From positions 1-64,000 of the forward strand of contig LSRY02000048.1 of assembly GCA_001643675.2 (NCBI GenBank): a stretch of 64,000 nt of DNA, read 5' to 3'. This DNA is from Monocercomonoides exilis PA203. Lineage: Eukaryota; Protista; Preaxostyla. A program made the position numbers and the translations under genes. The notes beneath the pieces are model-generated. The model was given only the letters and a program-made list of their open reading frames with translations. It was not told the DNA's origin and searched no databases. Shown in pieces: positions 17,681-31,500 of the stretch; within the stretch, counting starts at the first letter, position 1; each line of letters opens with the position of its first letter.

Positions 17681-18429
17681 CAGCAATTCTTCCACATCAG
17701 CTTCAGACAAGCGTCACCTCCTCTCAGTTACCTCTCTCTTCTCTTTCGCAATCTCCCTCTCCTTTTCCCTCTTCTCCGTCATTCACATCAAAAAATTCTC
17801 CATCCTTAGTTTTCCTCCCTTTTCCTTCGAATCTCTCTCTCCCACTTCAGAGTCGTGAACGGGTATCTTTTACTTTTTCTTTTCTCCCCCATCTGGAGCA
17901 ATTCCTGAGAATTCTACGATGCGAAGTCTATTTTTTTCAAAATTCTTTCTTTTTTCAAAGGATATTCTTTCATCTTCACCTGCAACTGTCCTCCTTGCTC
18001 TGCTTTTGTTACAGCTACCATCTGATTCATCATCGTAGTCATCATCATCATCTTCTTCTTCTTATCGTATTTCTTCATTTTTTACATCTTCATAAGGAAA
18101 AACAGCGGAAAAAAAAAGAATAGTATTTATGAAGAAATCATCTTCTTCAAAAAATGAAAAGAAAATTATTTGGTGAATGAAGAGAATGAAGATAAAGAGA
18201 AAGATAAATTTATTAAAAACAGAATATTATGAATGGAATTTGGATTTAAAAAAATTGAAGAGATTTTAAAAGAAAAAAGGATAATATGGAAAAGGAGAAA
18301 AGTTGGAAGAGAAGACTTCAACGAGCAGTAAAAGAACGCTAAAACGGAGAAATAATCAATTGTTATTTATCTTTATCATTCCGTCTGCTGCTTCTTTTTC
18401 ATGGGTGTCCTAAAGCACAGCAACAAACA

Positions 18430-19083
18430 TCAGGGAAGGGATTTAAAAGGTGATGCTTCGAAGAGCTTATCCGTGGTTGGGAAACCACTTGGAAGTGCCA
18501 GGGAGTGTGCAGTGGACGGGCTGATCTGTTGCAGGTGAACAAGCAGCTGTCGACATACACACAGTTGTTCACCTCTGAGCTGGTCGAAAAAAATGGTGAT
18601 GAAGAAGGAGTACATCATGCTGAAGAAGCTTATTGACTTTTTTAAACAAAAAGATGAAAATGGCACGCTGAATCATTTAGTTGCCACATTCGTGGTCATG
18701 AGATGATCGAGGGAGCAGCTGGAACCATCGTCGAACAGGAGCACAGGCGAGGCTGCACTTTGGGTGAAGAGGTTGGCGTGGCATAGAAAGAGGGAGGGAG
18801 CGAGAAGATGAAGAACAGTACAGGTGAGGTGGAGGGAATGGACAGATATGTTGGAAAGGCGAAGGGTGCCTTGGCAAGAACAAACGAGAGGAAAGTTGAG
18901 GTCGATATGATGTTCGGGGAAGAATAAGAGGGAGGAGGACACAGCAAGGTATCCGTCGAGGAAGGAGAAGAGGGAAGAGTAAGCAGATGCGAAGGAGGAG
19001 GGGAAGGAGAACTGGCAGTTGGTGAGGATACAGGTGTTGAGAAAGGCGACAACAGCAGAGCATCTGAGGAGGAAGACATCCAA
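18430..19083 (-). pseudogene. Fragment of a host-type gene of unknown family
   Basis: More GC-rich coding-like island with minus ORFs 18673-19083 and 18430-18666. Confidence 0.35.
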
Positions 19084-19567
19084 ATGTATAAAAAAGACGA
19101 GGAAGAGGATAGAAGACAGAGAGAGAGAGAGAGAAAGATGAAAAAGAGCAAGTGAAGATTTTCGTTTAATGGAAGCATTTTTTGCGCAAAAAATGAAAAT
19201 TCACAAATTGTATTGTTCAATTTTTTTAATAGTGATTTTTTTTTTATTATCATCTGTCACTTCTTTTGACGAATAAATCAACAAAAGTTCTTTTGTGCAT
19301 TATTTGTTTTAAAATCGAAATAAACTGCAAACTGTGAATTTCTTGTGAAATATCTTGCATAACTATCATATTTTTGTTTTTGTATTTTTTCTAATTGTTT
19401 GTTTTCAACAAATTTTTTGGATCTTCAACATCCATTTAAAATTTTCTTTTCAATAACATTATTTAACAATTCTTCATTTAAGAAATTGATTTATTGAGTA
19501 TTGAAACAATCATTATCATGCTTCTCAAACAAGATAACTTATGTTTTATAATGTTTATTGAATTTTC

Positions 19568-19602
<35 letters not shown>

Positions 19603-19784
19603 AAATTGTTTTTATTTTATGATATTTGTAATAAAATAAATTGGAAACAAATTAAAAACAACAAATAATTAATAATGATAATATTTTAAGCTATATTTTT
19701 ATCAAAATATTAACAAAAATTTTCTAATAAACCCCACCCTTAATAAAAAATCATAATGATCAAACTTCGTAATTTTTTATGATA

Positions 19785-20836
19785 TCAAAAAAAATCACCC
19801 ATATCATTAATATCAGGAATTTCTTCATTTTCATCAACTTCATCATCATCAATTTCCAGTTCAAATTCATCTTCAGATTGAAAATTTATTACTTTTTCGA
19901 TGAATTCTCCGTATGAAAGAAAACCTGATCTTTTCACAATGAACGTTGCAAGCACTCCAGGAATGAACCGCTCTCTCACTCCATATCTTGGAAAAAAAGA
20001 TCGCAAATGTGCCCACATTCCTTCGATAGTGTTCGTATTGGCTTTTGTAACGGGATCAACGTAATGACGTTTGTGGCAGACGGTTTGGTGTGTGTAACCA
20101 ATTTCTCCTAAGCAAGTGTATGCTTTCCACTCGTCGCTGATTATTGTTGTTCCTTCTTTGATTCTATTTTTTATTATAGGGATTAATGTCTCTTTTTTTC
20201 GATTAGGCACAATGACAACGAATTTTTTTCCTAATTCTTCTTCGCCTTTTCGTTCGACCGCTCCAAATATCCACATCAATTTTTTCTGCTTTCCTAATTC
20301 AAAAAATAGTTATATTCACAACAAATAAATTAATATTTATGAAAACAAAATATATATTCGATGTAAAAACCTTTTTTGTATTTCCGTCTCCTCCATGCTG
20401 CTTCATCAATTTCCACTATTTTGCCTTCCCCTCCAATTTTTTCATTTCTGTAATTTAAGTAATTTAACGCTGTCGACCTTGCAACACTTGTCCAGTATCC
20501 AATCGTCATTTGAGATACATTTAACATCATGCCAATTTGCCAATCTTTGATTTCAAGCCAAAACATCAAAAGAATCATCATCACAGTGGAAATAGGCAAT
20601 TTTGAAGACTCCAGAGTTGTATTTTTAAAGCAGGAAACACTTTTCTTGCACTTTGGGCACTTCGGGAATCTTGAATGTCCCCTTCCTTTACAGATATATT
20701 TGACTTTTTTGCAGTGTTGACAAACTGCAAAAACCTTAGGTAAATATTGTTGTATCCATTTCCAAGATGATTCTTCAGATGAAAATGTTTCATACAGCGC
20801 ATGACATTCCTTTTTGAAAGGTTTTTTCCAAGACAT
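19785..20836 (-). CDS. Merlin/IS1016 (ISXO2-like) DDE transposase, 324 aa after removing intron 20294-20370
   Basis: N-terminal CxxC...CxxC zinc ribbon, IGGEGKIVEIDEA, WIFGAVER, IISDEWKAY, HQTVCH, NTNTIEGMW; the 77-nt GT-AG intron joins the two ORFs in frame (KKG|KQKKLMWIFG). Confidence 0.9.
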
Positions 20837-21358
20837 CTAATTTTTGATCCACAAAAATTTTGTGATCAAACCCATTTTTTATGTGATTTTGAGAAAAAAT
20901 TATATTTTTTATTTTGTCAAGTGGATGCAAAGCGCAGACAAAGTACAAAATATTATTAAACCTAATAAGCAATAGATTGTGAAAATGATTGAAAGAATCA
21001 AAAATATTTGGTATGCTTATTCTATGCTTATGCCAACAAAAGCTCTTTTGTTAATATAACTGTTTATTTTTTCACTTTTTTATTTTGATTATTTAAAACT
21101 TGTTTTATTATGATCAGCAAATTTTTTCTTATCATATCAATATATTTTTATGTGAAAAATAAAAAGAATTGAATAATTTTATGCTTTTGTGTTTTTTCCA
21201 AAAATAATTGATAAACAATAAAAATAAAAAAATTTGACAACATGAAATTCAACATGTTTCAATTAAAAACATTAATATTTTATTTCAATTTTTATATACG
21301 TCATTTGCAAATAATAAATTAATAAAAATAAGAGAAGAATGTACTTTTATTTAAATAT

Positions 21359-22900
21359 GATCAATCACCAGGAATATTTGATATTTGCATTGACTCAGTC
21401 AAATCGATTTTTGTCTGGTTAATCGAATATTACTAATTTTTATCGAATTTCCCTCAATCTCACCGAGGGTGAAATTGTGATTTTTATGATCAAAAGTTGT
21501 GATCGTTCATTTTTTGTATTGTTCGTATTTAACCTTATTAAAGTTATTATTGTTTAATTTTTTAATATGTTACTATTTAATTTGTGTTTTTATTCTCTAT
21601 TTATGGTATTTTTTTTGTGTTTTTCAAGTTTGATTCAGGTTTTTGAAAACTTCACATTTTTGTAATTGTGACGTTGTTATCAGCTTTATCTCTTGAAATG
21701 ATGAAAAAATAGAAAGTATTTTATATAATTAACGTTTGCGTATTATAATAATTATCACTTTTTCATTTTCATAAAATGCTTTCATTTTTCACTTTTTTTC
21801 TTGTGCAGATTGTTTTTTACTCTATTGTTTTTTGATGTTTTGATATTTTCGAACAACAAACAACAAATAAAAAGCTATTTATTCATATTATTCTCTTATT
21901 TGTTTTTTATAAGGAAATCTGAAAGATGTTTTCAAAAACATATGATTCTTTTTTTGGAATGTTCAATAGCGAAATGGGAATTATCAAAATCACATTTTGT
22001 ATGTGACATTAATTATTTAATCTTAATTTAAAACGAATTGAATGAAAATAATTCACGAAAAAATCATTAAATTTGTTATTCTTAAAAATTGAAAAAACAT
22101 CCAATTTAAACAATTATATATTATTTTAATAAAGCATTAAAAGAGAAATAACAAAGTTTTAACTTGAAATATTTTTTGTTCAATTAATGATCAGGAGACC
22201 CAGAATGGAAATGATCGGATGTGACTGAGTCACATCCAATTTGACTGCGTCTTAATGGCATTAGATCAATCTTATTGGATGTTGACCGATCTAATGCCAC
22301 TTGACGCAGTCGAATCAATCAAGTTCTATTTAACCTTAAACGAATTGAGTATGTCAATTCGAATTCATAAAGTCAAAACGTTTTTTGTTTATTTAAACGG
22401 CTTAGACTTAATTAATTCGGTTTTATATTTATTTTGGATCACTGTTTTTCTTCTTTTGTTATGGAAACATTTTGATCTGATTTTTGACATGTTTCATGAA
22501 ACTTAATGTTTAGAACAAATTGACTGAAAAACGTAACTGCGTATGTTTATTTATTAATTATTTTATTGATAACGTGTGGTTTTTTTTCGATCATACATTA
22601 TTATTATGATCCTAAAATTTTTGCATAAAATGTGTTTCAAGCCTTATCTTGAAACGATCTATATTGTTAGTAAGACTCGGACAATCAGGAGTTTAATCAC
22701 AAAGATGAAGCGATAGTTTTTTTCAATTCCATATTTCATTTTCTCTTTTTTTTTATAATTTTAAATTACATTGACTCTTTATTGAAAAAAATGATGAACA
22801 GCTTTTTTTATTGCATATTTTTTAAAAATCTTTCCTCAATTTAAAAAAGAAAATATTCTTAATATCAAAAAGCTTCTGTTTAATATTTTTGAATAGTGAA
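21359..22900. repeat. Two diverged direct copies of a non-coding unit (period about 830 bp); the second copy has strong hairpins at 22217-22315
   Basis: Shared blocks gatca..acc..gaat, tgact(c/g)agtca.atc, gttc.tatttaacctta and aacgt..tgcgtat at a similar offset. Confidence 0.55.
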
Positions 22901-22938
22901 TTGATGTTATTGAAAAAATTGTTAAGAATATTAAATGA

Positions 22939-24874
22939 TTATTCCTTTTGGCTTAGCAGTGATTGCAAGGGACTTGAATATGTGTTCTTTTTTGATGATC
23001 CTGCTTTTTCTGATACATTTGAAGATTTTCTGCATGAAGTTGAGGATGAGGAAGCGGTTTGAGAATATAGAAAATTTAAAGAGTCTGAAGCATTTAGACT
23101 TTCATTTTGAGAAAGAGGAATTGATGAAGATAATTGATCAAAACATGAAAATGAAGAGATTTTGGAAGTTGATGAAAAGGAAGATTCAGATGATGAAAAT
23201 GGTGAAGAAAACGCAGGAAAATGTTGAGAAGATGTTCGAGAAAATAAATTGGTTGACTTCAATTGATTCGGAAAAAACCAAGCCTGAGAATTGTCAGATA
23301 TCAATCCTTGTTCATCAGAAATGCATCATTCTCGTTCAAGAGAATAAATTTTATTATTATTCCTTTGATCTTGAATTGTTTCAATTTCTTTCTCTCTTCG
23401 CTGCTTTGCTTTTTCAGCTCATAATGTTCTGTGATCACTATCAAAATCATATCAAAAAATAATAATATGTCTAAATTTTTTTGAAAAGTTCCTTTTGTTT
23501 AATTTTCAAATTGAATACAAATTACATATTTCGATCAAATTTCTATTTCCACACATAAAATTTTGCTGTTATAAAAATAAAATCTTGACAAAGTTATTAT
23601 TTCCATTTGAGTTATGTTTCGTTCGTTGGAACATAAATTTTATCGAAATATGAAGGTTTTTTTTATTAGAAAATAAAAGGAACTTTACAAAAAATTTGGA
23701 CACACGGTTAACAGAAAAAGAAAAAAAGTCAATAAAAATTAACAACAATGGAATAAAAGTGAAAGATAAGCTTCCAGTTTCTTCCAAAATTGTAGTTATT
23801 GTGGGTGTTAGGGTATTTTCTGGATTGAGTTTATTTGTCATTTTGGCGAAATATCTAGCATTAGCCACCTTCTTTGCATCTGCTTTTTTCAAGTAATCTG
23901 AATATCACTCCTCCAAAAACAATGAATTAGCCTCAAAATCCTTGTTTGCGAGTGGATTGTGCAAGATATGAAAGTTTGTTAGGCAGCATACAACGCAAAA
24001 AATAGTCTGCAACTTTCACAACATCAAATGTCCAAGGTTTTCTGAAGACGGTGAAGAGTATTTTGAGTCTTCCGAATGATCTTTTCTCGATAACGCGATG
24101 AGATGCAAGTTCAGGAGTTCCAACTGGCTTTGCAATAATCGCCCCAAGCTCTGGTTTCGCTCCTATGTTAGCAAAATCAGCTAAAATCTTTGTTCCTCCA
24201 AGCTTTTGAACAAATGTGGTGTAATGTTCTTTGAAAATAGTGAAATCGTGAGTTGACCCAGAGTAGATAGAACTTATTGTACTTGCTGTCCCCACCTTGG
24301 GGTTAACTCCCACCTCTACTTTGACATTGCAGATGTGGTGTTTTCCTGTATAATATTTTTTTCCAAACTCCAACCTCCCAACAGGTTTGTTTGTTGGAAT
24401 AACTGTGCAGTCAAGCACAATTCCCACCTCCTTCATTTGTTTTGGACGATCTGGACGAAATGAAAGAAAAAGATTTGCAAGTTGAGGTTTTAAATTTGAT
24501 GCTGTTGAATGAAGAAGTCGAACAGTTGATGTTTGAGATTCGTGTTTTGATTGAGATATGACGTGAGTTAAAGAAATGGAGCCGTGGTGAAGAAAAACTT
24601 ACAAAAGAAAAAGTTGTTCATCCAAAGATTCGATTGACTTTGCACTTCCACGATGTGGTTTAGCTGAGGATGAAAGAAGACGAAGAAACAAGTCGAATTC
24701 AGAACGAATAAACCCAGTCAATCTGAAAAACACAGTTGACTTATCCAAAAATTTCGAACAAGCTATTTCGATGATTGTTGTGTTTTTTTATTCTTTTGTT
24801 GCATGAATATGTGTCGGAATGACATTCCTTTTTTCTACACATTTCAGAACATCCATAAAAGTGTTTTGATGCAT
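22939..24874 (-). pseudogene. PIF/Harbinger-ISL2EU-type (DDE_Tnp_4-like) transposase, copy A, with a probable Ser-rich 3' exon
   Basis: FFRLTGF, VLDCTVIP, YYTGKHH..KVEVGV, GSTHD, ILAD, FGRLK; internal stops and frameshifts; homologous to 33929-35410. Confidence 0.8.
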
Positions 24875-25610
24875 TATTTCACTCTTTTCAAAACGTCAAA
24901 AACAATGCAACACTTTATTCATCTTTTTCAAATGATCAAATATTAACCCATGATTTGATATCATTGTTTTGACATTGAAAAAACTGTTTTTGATTTATTT
25001 TGTTGGATTAATGTTTGTTAAAATGGGATTGAATATATATAATGCAAAATGATTTATAAAATTTGTTAAATTCTCGTTAATGAATCACAAATCCTGGACA
25101 TTTCATAAATCCTTTAAAATGCAAAATTTTCAGCTTTTATTTAACTTTTAGCTCATCCATTTATTTCAAATCTGATAAAAGGAGCGTTTGAAGTTACAAT
25201 AATTTGTTTTATAATTAAAAAATGAACACAAAACCCGTTCACTTCACATGTTGTATTAAAAATGAAATATGAAGAAAAATTGTTTTTGTGAACACAATAG
25301 TTTTCAAATAGCAATTTTATTAACTTCAAACGTTCACATTATATAATTTGAAACAAATGAATGATCAAGAAATTTATTAAAAGCTGAAATTTATTCACTG
25401 TTCCAGATTTATGACATGCAAATCGGGGAGGAAACCCGTGTCATGAATATTAAAATTGGTTTTTTTTCATATTTCCATTTTTTGTGTTTTTATTTTATTT
25501 CATGAAAAAAAAAAAGAAAAACAGTTAACATTTCTGATAATAAACTTTTATGAAAAAGCAAATAATTCCAAAAAAAGCTGCAGGTACATGGTATTTTTAA
25601 TAAATTGTTT

Positions 25611-26850
25611 TTAGAAAAAATCATATAAATCATCAGAAGAGTAATAAACAGCTTTAAATGAAGATCCGATAGGTGCAGATTTGGATTCAACCCCAGATAA
25701 CGCCCATTCTGGAGGATTATCAGGAAGATTTGATAAAATCTTCTCTGGGTTAAATGGCCATAACCCTGTGCTTTTCCAAGAAGATTTTATAGTTTCTGGA
25801 TACGAAGCGGCTGCAAGTCCGTTTCTCAGGATTTCACTAAAAAATTTCTCTTTTTGAAGATGCTGTGGTTGTTGTTTCGCTTTCTTTGGCTTTTCCAAAC
25901 ACCCTTTTCACACTTGTGCAGATGTATTGATCATTAGGCTGCAAAATGTGTGAAGTGTTCGATGGAAGTTTCACAAGATCAATTAAATTATTCTAACACA
26001 ATTGAAGAATTTCCGGCAGAAAATTTCCCACTCCACAGTCAATAATGAGCACTGCATTCTTTTCTTTCTTTCCCACTGCAATTCTATTATTATTAATCTC
26101 TGTTATTACACACTTCTTGAATAAGTCCAATAAAATAGTTGAAGTTTCATAACACGATGAAGAAGGAATGAACACTTCGTGTGAAGTTGTTACGAGCTTG
26201 TTTTTTTCTGGAAGTTTCACAAAATGCATTAATATGGGTGTCAAATATCTACACCCGTCTGCACTTGTCATGAAGATAATTGAAGTGGAAGTTAACAAGG
26301 GAACATCAAAAACAACAGTTGAAGGCGTTGAGGATTAAAAAGCAACAATTTCATGTTGTTGTTTGGATGAAAAAGTGGAAGTTTCATCAAAGTTTAATAA
26401 TAGCTGGGGAATTGGATTCATACTTTGGAATAATTTTTTCACTTTGTCAAAGAAAGTGCCGATTGAATATTTCAAAGTGTGGGCTGCTCTCCCTCAAAAC
26501 AAAAATAATAGGTTTTGCAAGACTAATTTCAATGTGCCTTTTCAAAAATCGTTTCACTCAATGTCTGTCTACAGTTTTTGCTTCATCTCCTTTTTTTCTT
26601 TTTGTTTTCAACAAATCATTTTCCTGAATAATAAAAAACAATTAGAACAAATAATAATAAGCGAAATACAAACCATTTGTGTTATTTTATTTATGAAAGA
26701 AATGTTCCACTCTCTGCATCATGAATTATCACTGTGGTTAAATACTGTTTGTCTGAATTGTCTTTGAAAGTTGATCTTCCACATTTTCCAGGTTTATTCC
26801 TTTTTTTATCTGCAGCAAGATCTCTTTTCATAAATAAATTAGAAAGAAAC
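25611..26850 (-). pseudogene. pogo/Tigger-type (DDE_1) transposase, copy A; intron 26624-26745
   Basis: SADG, VLIID, LVKLPSNTSHILQP, SWKSTGLWPFNPEK; homologous to 32118-33500, with the intron at the same site. Confidence 0.8.
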
Positions 26851-28303
26851 TGATTTCTGACTATTTCTATTGTTTTAATATTTGAAATGTTGAAAAAGAA
26901 ATTTCTTTCATATGGGGAAAAAATAAGAACTTTCAAGCTTTTTTTGCACAAAGAACAAAAAATTGTTTCACACATTATTATATTTCCTTTTCTCAATTTT
27001 CAAAATTTATAGAATTCTCATATTTTCAAACAGGCATCATTGATGTCACAATACAATGTTTTGTGACATCACAAATATTACTAAAATCGATAAAGAATTT
27101 GCTTGTTTTTTTTTTTTTTTGTTCTCAATAAGTCAAAAAAAGTTCATAATTTTTTATTGAAAAAGCTTTAAGTTACATATTTCCCTTAATGTGTTCAATT
27201 TCTTTCTTTTCAATTTCATCAGTTGCAAAGAGTTCTGATACTGTATTAATTGTTTTTTTCAGCACTTGAAAATTTATAATAATTGCTGTGCCATGTGGTT
27301 GCATCAAGCATAAGTTGTATATATAACAAAATAATAAAAAAAGAAGTTAATTTCAATTTGATCTTAGCAAAATGAATAATCAAAATCACAAAAAAAATTT
27401 ATAAAATAAATTTCATTTGATCGAGAAATTATGGACTGAAATAATTGTTGGTGTTCAAATGCATGAAAAACTAAAAAAATTTCAATCTCTTTTTTTATTA
27501 TCCGAAAAATCATGTTAATTGCTGAGAATTTGCAATAACTGAAATTCTATTGATATATATAATAATTATTAAAAAGTTTTTGTTTTTTTGCGAATAAAAT
27601 GTTTCTTTTCTTTTCTTTTTATTTTATTACACTTTTCTTTTTTTCTTTTTTTCTCTTTCTTTCATTTTTTTCTTTTTTCATTTCATTTCATTTCTTTTTT
27701 TTTGACTTTGAAAATTGTGTTGTCATTTTGTGATAATATGAATACCACAAATTTATTTTTGTTTTTTCTTAAAACACTTCCTTAGTTATGTTTTTTGTTT
27801 CTGAATCTCTTTTCTCGAAAAGAGAGAAAACTGAAATACTCAATCAAACTCATTTCAAGATCATTCATCTAAAAGCAAGCAGAAATATAAAGATGTGTTA
27901 ATGAACAAGATATCATATTATCACTGTATCGATTTTGGGTTCAAAATTATTCGACAATCATATTTGCAACAAAAATCAATCAAAATTAATTTTTTTTTTC
28001 ATTGAAAAAACTTCATATTTTGGATTCTATGATATGTCGAAATTTTTTTGGAAAATTTCCTTTTGTTTAATTTTCAGGTGAATATGAAAATAGTGTGTTA
28101 TTATCAAAACCTATTCTTACTCACAAAAATACACCGATTCGAAAGCAAATGAGTGTAAGGGTACGATGTGGGAGTTTTGAAAACTCCTTAAAACATATTT
28201 ATTTGTTATTAATATGATCACAAATCATCATTATTCATATTTATTATCATCGGATATGTGTGTGGACAAAATATAAAAAATGAAAAAAAAAATAAAAGAA
28301 ATC

Positions 28304-29344
28304 TCAATTATTGTTCATTATCTGAAGTTTTTTTTCTGTCTCGAGCCCTGACGATTTTTCCTCAGTTTCTTCATCTCCCAAAATATCTCCAATTTGAGGT
28401 ATTTCGAAATTTTCATCTTCGACTTCATCTTCCGCAAGATCTTCCTGGCTTTTCAACCGCTTTATGCTTGACGATAGTAGGTGAAATATCAAGAAAATTA
28501 AAATTCAAAGTAGTTTTAAGAAGAAATATAGCTCAATGATTTGCAATCAATGATTTTCTCACTGCACACTTAGTGAATGATTTACACAATGTTCCGAACA
28601 AGCCATCTATTGTATTGGTACATGCAACTGTAACATAATCAACAAAATTTTTTTATGGATAACAGTTTCATGATTGTTATCGTATTGATCCAAAGTGGAG
28701 TTTGCTTTCCACTCGTCATTCATAATTGTTGTACCACTTCGAATTGTTTCCAAAATGATATGAAGAAGAGTCTCCCTCTTCCTGTTTGGCATAACATTCA
28801 CAAAACGAGGACCAGCTCCCCCTCCCTCAAACCTCTCAACTCCACCAAATATCCAAATTCGTGTTTATTTTCTTCCACTCTTGTATTTTCTTCTCCTCCA
28901 CACAGCTTCATCAATATAAACCGCTTTCCCTATTCCTCCTTTTGGTTTTTGATGAAAATACCAAATTTCCATGAAGGAAACTCTGACGATGCTGCACCAA
29001 AATCCAACAGTTTTCCTATCCACTCCCAGCATTTTCGAAACGAACTTTATATTTGCACTTTCCCAATACCACAAAATGATTCTAAAGATCTTCCATAATC
29101 CTAATTTATTCCCAGAGAAAACTGTTTCATCATAAACATATTTGTTTCTATTGCATTTTGAACAGTACCAATATCTGCAAAACTTTTCGCCTTTAAGAAA
29201 AATCATTTTTCATCTGCCACGGACGCAAATTTTCGCTTCGTTTTTCGAAATATTCTCGTAAAACCACCGCCACGCTCCGTCTTCGTCAGTGAAAACATTA
29301 TCCAGCTGAAGAGGTTAAATTATCTGAAGATCCAGCGTTGCCAT
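28304..29344 (-). pseudogene. Merlin/ISXO2-like transposase, degenerate and intronless
   Basis: GGIGKAVYIDEAVWRRRKY, WIFGGVER, PNRKRETLL, NDEWKA; stops and frameshifts. Confidence 0.85.
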
Positions 29345-29353
29345 TTCAATATA

Positions 29354-31500
29354 CAGTCTGTCCCAAAAAAATGTTGATCTGTCCTTTTTTAATGTTGAGC
29401 ATCACGCAATAAATAAAAAATAAATTTCCCACATTCGCCTTTCGTCATAATTAACATTTTATTAGCAAGGGGTTAAACACTGTTTCAAGTACATGAACAA
29501 GATTTTTGTGCTTTTATGTGTTTTTCTTTGAACAAATCAGTGGATGAATGATTGCAATCAATTATTTATTCAGCTTTAAAACTTTTGTTGTTTTTTAAGC
29601 TATATTGTGTATCAATAACCAACTCACTTGTTTTTGAGTAATGTTTTGATTCATTTGAATGAAAATTTCAATCTTACAAAATGTTAATTCAGGTAAACCT
29701 TTTGAATATATTATTCACTAATAATGAATAAAGCATTCAGAAATCTCATGAAAAATTGATAGCTGTGCAATTATTTTTATTACTGAATGATAATTTGAAT
29801 CTTTGTTTTTTTCAAACAATTTTCAAAACTATTAATTATTCTTTTTTTAAATGAACAGTTCATTATTTTTATTCTTTTTGATTGATAGCCTTTAATGACA
29901 TAACGATCTGTGAATGTTTAAGTATTTTTCACTTCCTTTTGGAAAAAAAAAGATTATAAAGAACCAACAAGCCAATTTACTTTGTTATTGGCAAAGATCG
30001 TTGATTAAAATAAAAGAAATGAAAACAAAATGATGTGAGATTAAAGAACAATAAATATAAACTCAAATTAAATTATTCTATCAGACATAAATGAAGCATG
30101 AATAAATAAGTGCAACGTTAAGATCATAGGTCTTTCTTTTCCAAAACCAGTGGCCATATTTCATTCTCAACATTAGCAATTGTTCTTCGCACTTCTCTTG
30201 CTGTAATATCTTTGAAGGTGTCAACAAGCACGGCAATAAAATGGTTTTCTCCTTTCCAGATGCAAGAGCTTTCTTCAGCTCTTTTTTTCCAATAACCAAA
30301 AACGTTTTCTATTGGATTTAGAATAGGTGAATATGCGGCATTGTATAGTACATGATGACCGGCTTCCATAATTATTGCGTCTGTGTTAAGATGATGAATT
30401 GAAGCGTTGTCCATCACAATAACCGATGATCCATGGACTTTTATTGAAAGCAAAAATCTTTTGATGTATGCCTCAAAGACTTCATGATTAATTGATCCTC
30501 TAATAACTTCGGAATATCCCATTCCTGATTGAGAGATGGATGTGATGGCAGTAAGTGACTGATGAACTGGTGGAGGAGGAATGAGAACCTTCTCTCCAAC
30601 TGGGGACCATCCGTATTTTCTGACGCATTCCACATTCCAAGATGTTTCATCTATATAAAATATCATTGCACCATCCATTTGATATTCGTTGAGTTTTTCG
30701 ATGAATTTAATACGGAGAATTTTGTTTTCTTCTGAATTAGCTGCGGATTCTCTCTTTGTTATCCTTTTGAAGGAAAAAATAGGATATTTTTGGGTATCTT
30801 TATTTTTTTCTGTAAGAATACGGTATATTGTTGATTTCCCAATCGGGCTTCCATGATTTGATAATTCAGAAGCAATTTTCCTCACTGTATTCAAAGGATT
30901 CTGCTTCATTTTTTCCCGAACAATTGATTGATATTGTTCGTTTTCGACCTTTTTCTTTCTCCCTTTTTGATGTAATGGAAGTGTAATGTTTATTCCCGCC
31001 TTTAATTTCGATAAGTACCTAGCTGCAGTAATTGTTGTTAATGTGCACTCATTCGCGTACCATGTTTCGCTCTTCTCCTGACCATGGATTTGAAAAAGAT
31101 TAGATAATTTCCTTCTTTTCGCATCAGTTGCATTAATATAAGGATTTTTTATTTTTTGATTCTCATGAACTCCAACATTTCTAAGATCTTCTATTTTCTT
31201 TCTTCTTTCTTCCTCTGCTCTCATTGCTGCTCTCATTTTTATAGTTTGATGAATTCGTTCTTCCAAAGGATGAACAGCAGGTAAAGAAACTGCACTAACT
31301 TTGAATTCTGAAATTGTTGGAACTGATCCTATTATTTTCTTTTTCTTTTCAACTGTTCTAGCATCCAATAATTGAATATTTTCCATATTGTGAAAATGTT
31401 AATTATGACGAAAGGCGAATGTGGGAAATTAAATTTTTATTTATTGCGGGATGCTCAACATTAAAAAAAGGACAGATCAACATTTTTTTGGGACAGACTG
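29354..31500 (-). mobile_element. Tc1/IS630-type element, 2147 bp, TIRs of 107-108 bp, TA target duplication
   Basis: TA|CAGTCTGTCCC...(29354-29460) and (31393-31500)...GGGACAGACTG|TA; TIRs nearly identical. Confidence 0.95.
30124..31386 (-). CDS. Tc1/IS630-family DDE transposase, intact 420 aa (DD33E spacing)
   Basis: HTH-like TVRKIASEL..IGKSTIYRIL; YIDET, VMDNASIH, YSPILNPIENVFG. Confidence 0.95.
   Translation of the reverse strand: MENIQLLDARTVEKKKKIIGSVPTISEFKVSAVSLPAVHPLEERIHQTIKMRAAMRAEEERRKKIEDLRNVGVHENQKIKNPYINATDAKRRKLSNLFQIHGQEKSETWYANECTLTTITAARYLSKLKAGINITLPLHQKGRKKKVENEQYQSIVREKMKQNPLNTVRKIASELSNHGSPIGKSTIYRILTEKNKDTQKYPIFSFKRITKRESAANSEENKILRIKFIEKLNEYQMDGAMIFYIDETSWNVECVRKYGWSPVGEKVLIPPPPVHQSLTAITSISQSGMGYSEVIRGSINHEVFEAYIKRFLLSIKVHGSSVIVMDNASIHHLNTDAIIMEAGHHVLYNAAYSPILNPIENVFGYWKKRAEESSCIWKGENHFIAVLVDTFKDITAREVRRTIANVENEIWPLVLEKKDL

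Noticed and set aside
19279-21052. acaaaag..cttttgt palindromes as TIRs of the intact Merlin
   Set aside because: Short, AT-rich, lacking GG termini and a TSD
22937-23347. Acidic plus-strand frame with six TGA codons and no TAA/TAG
   Set aside because: It is the shifted antisense shadow of the open Ser-rich minus frame 22939-23304
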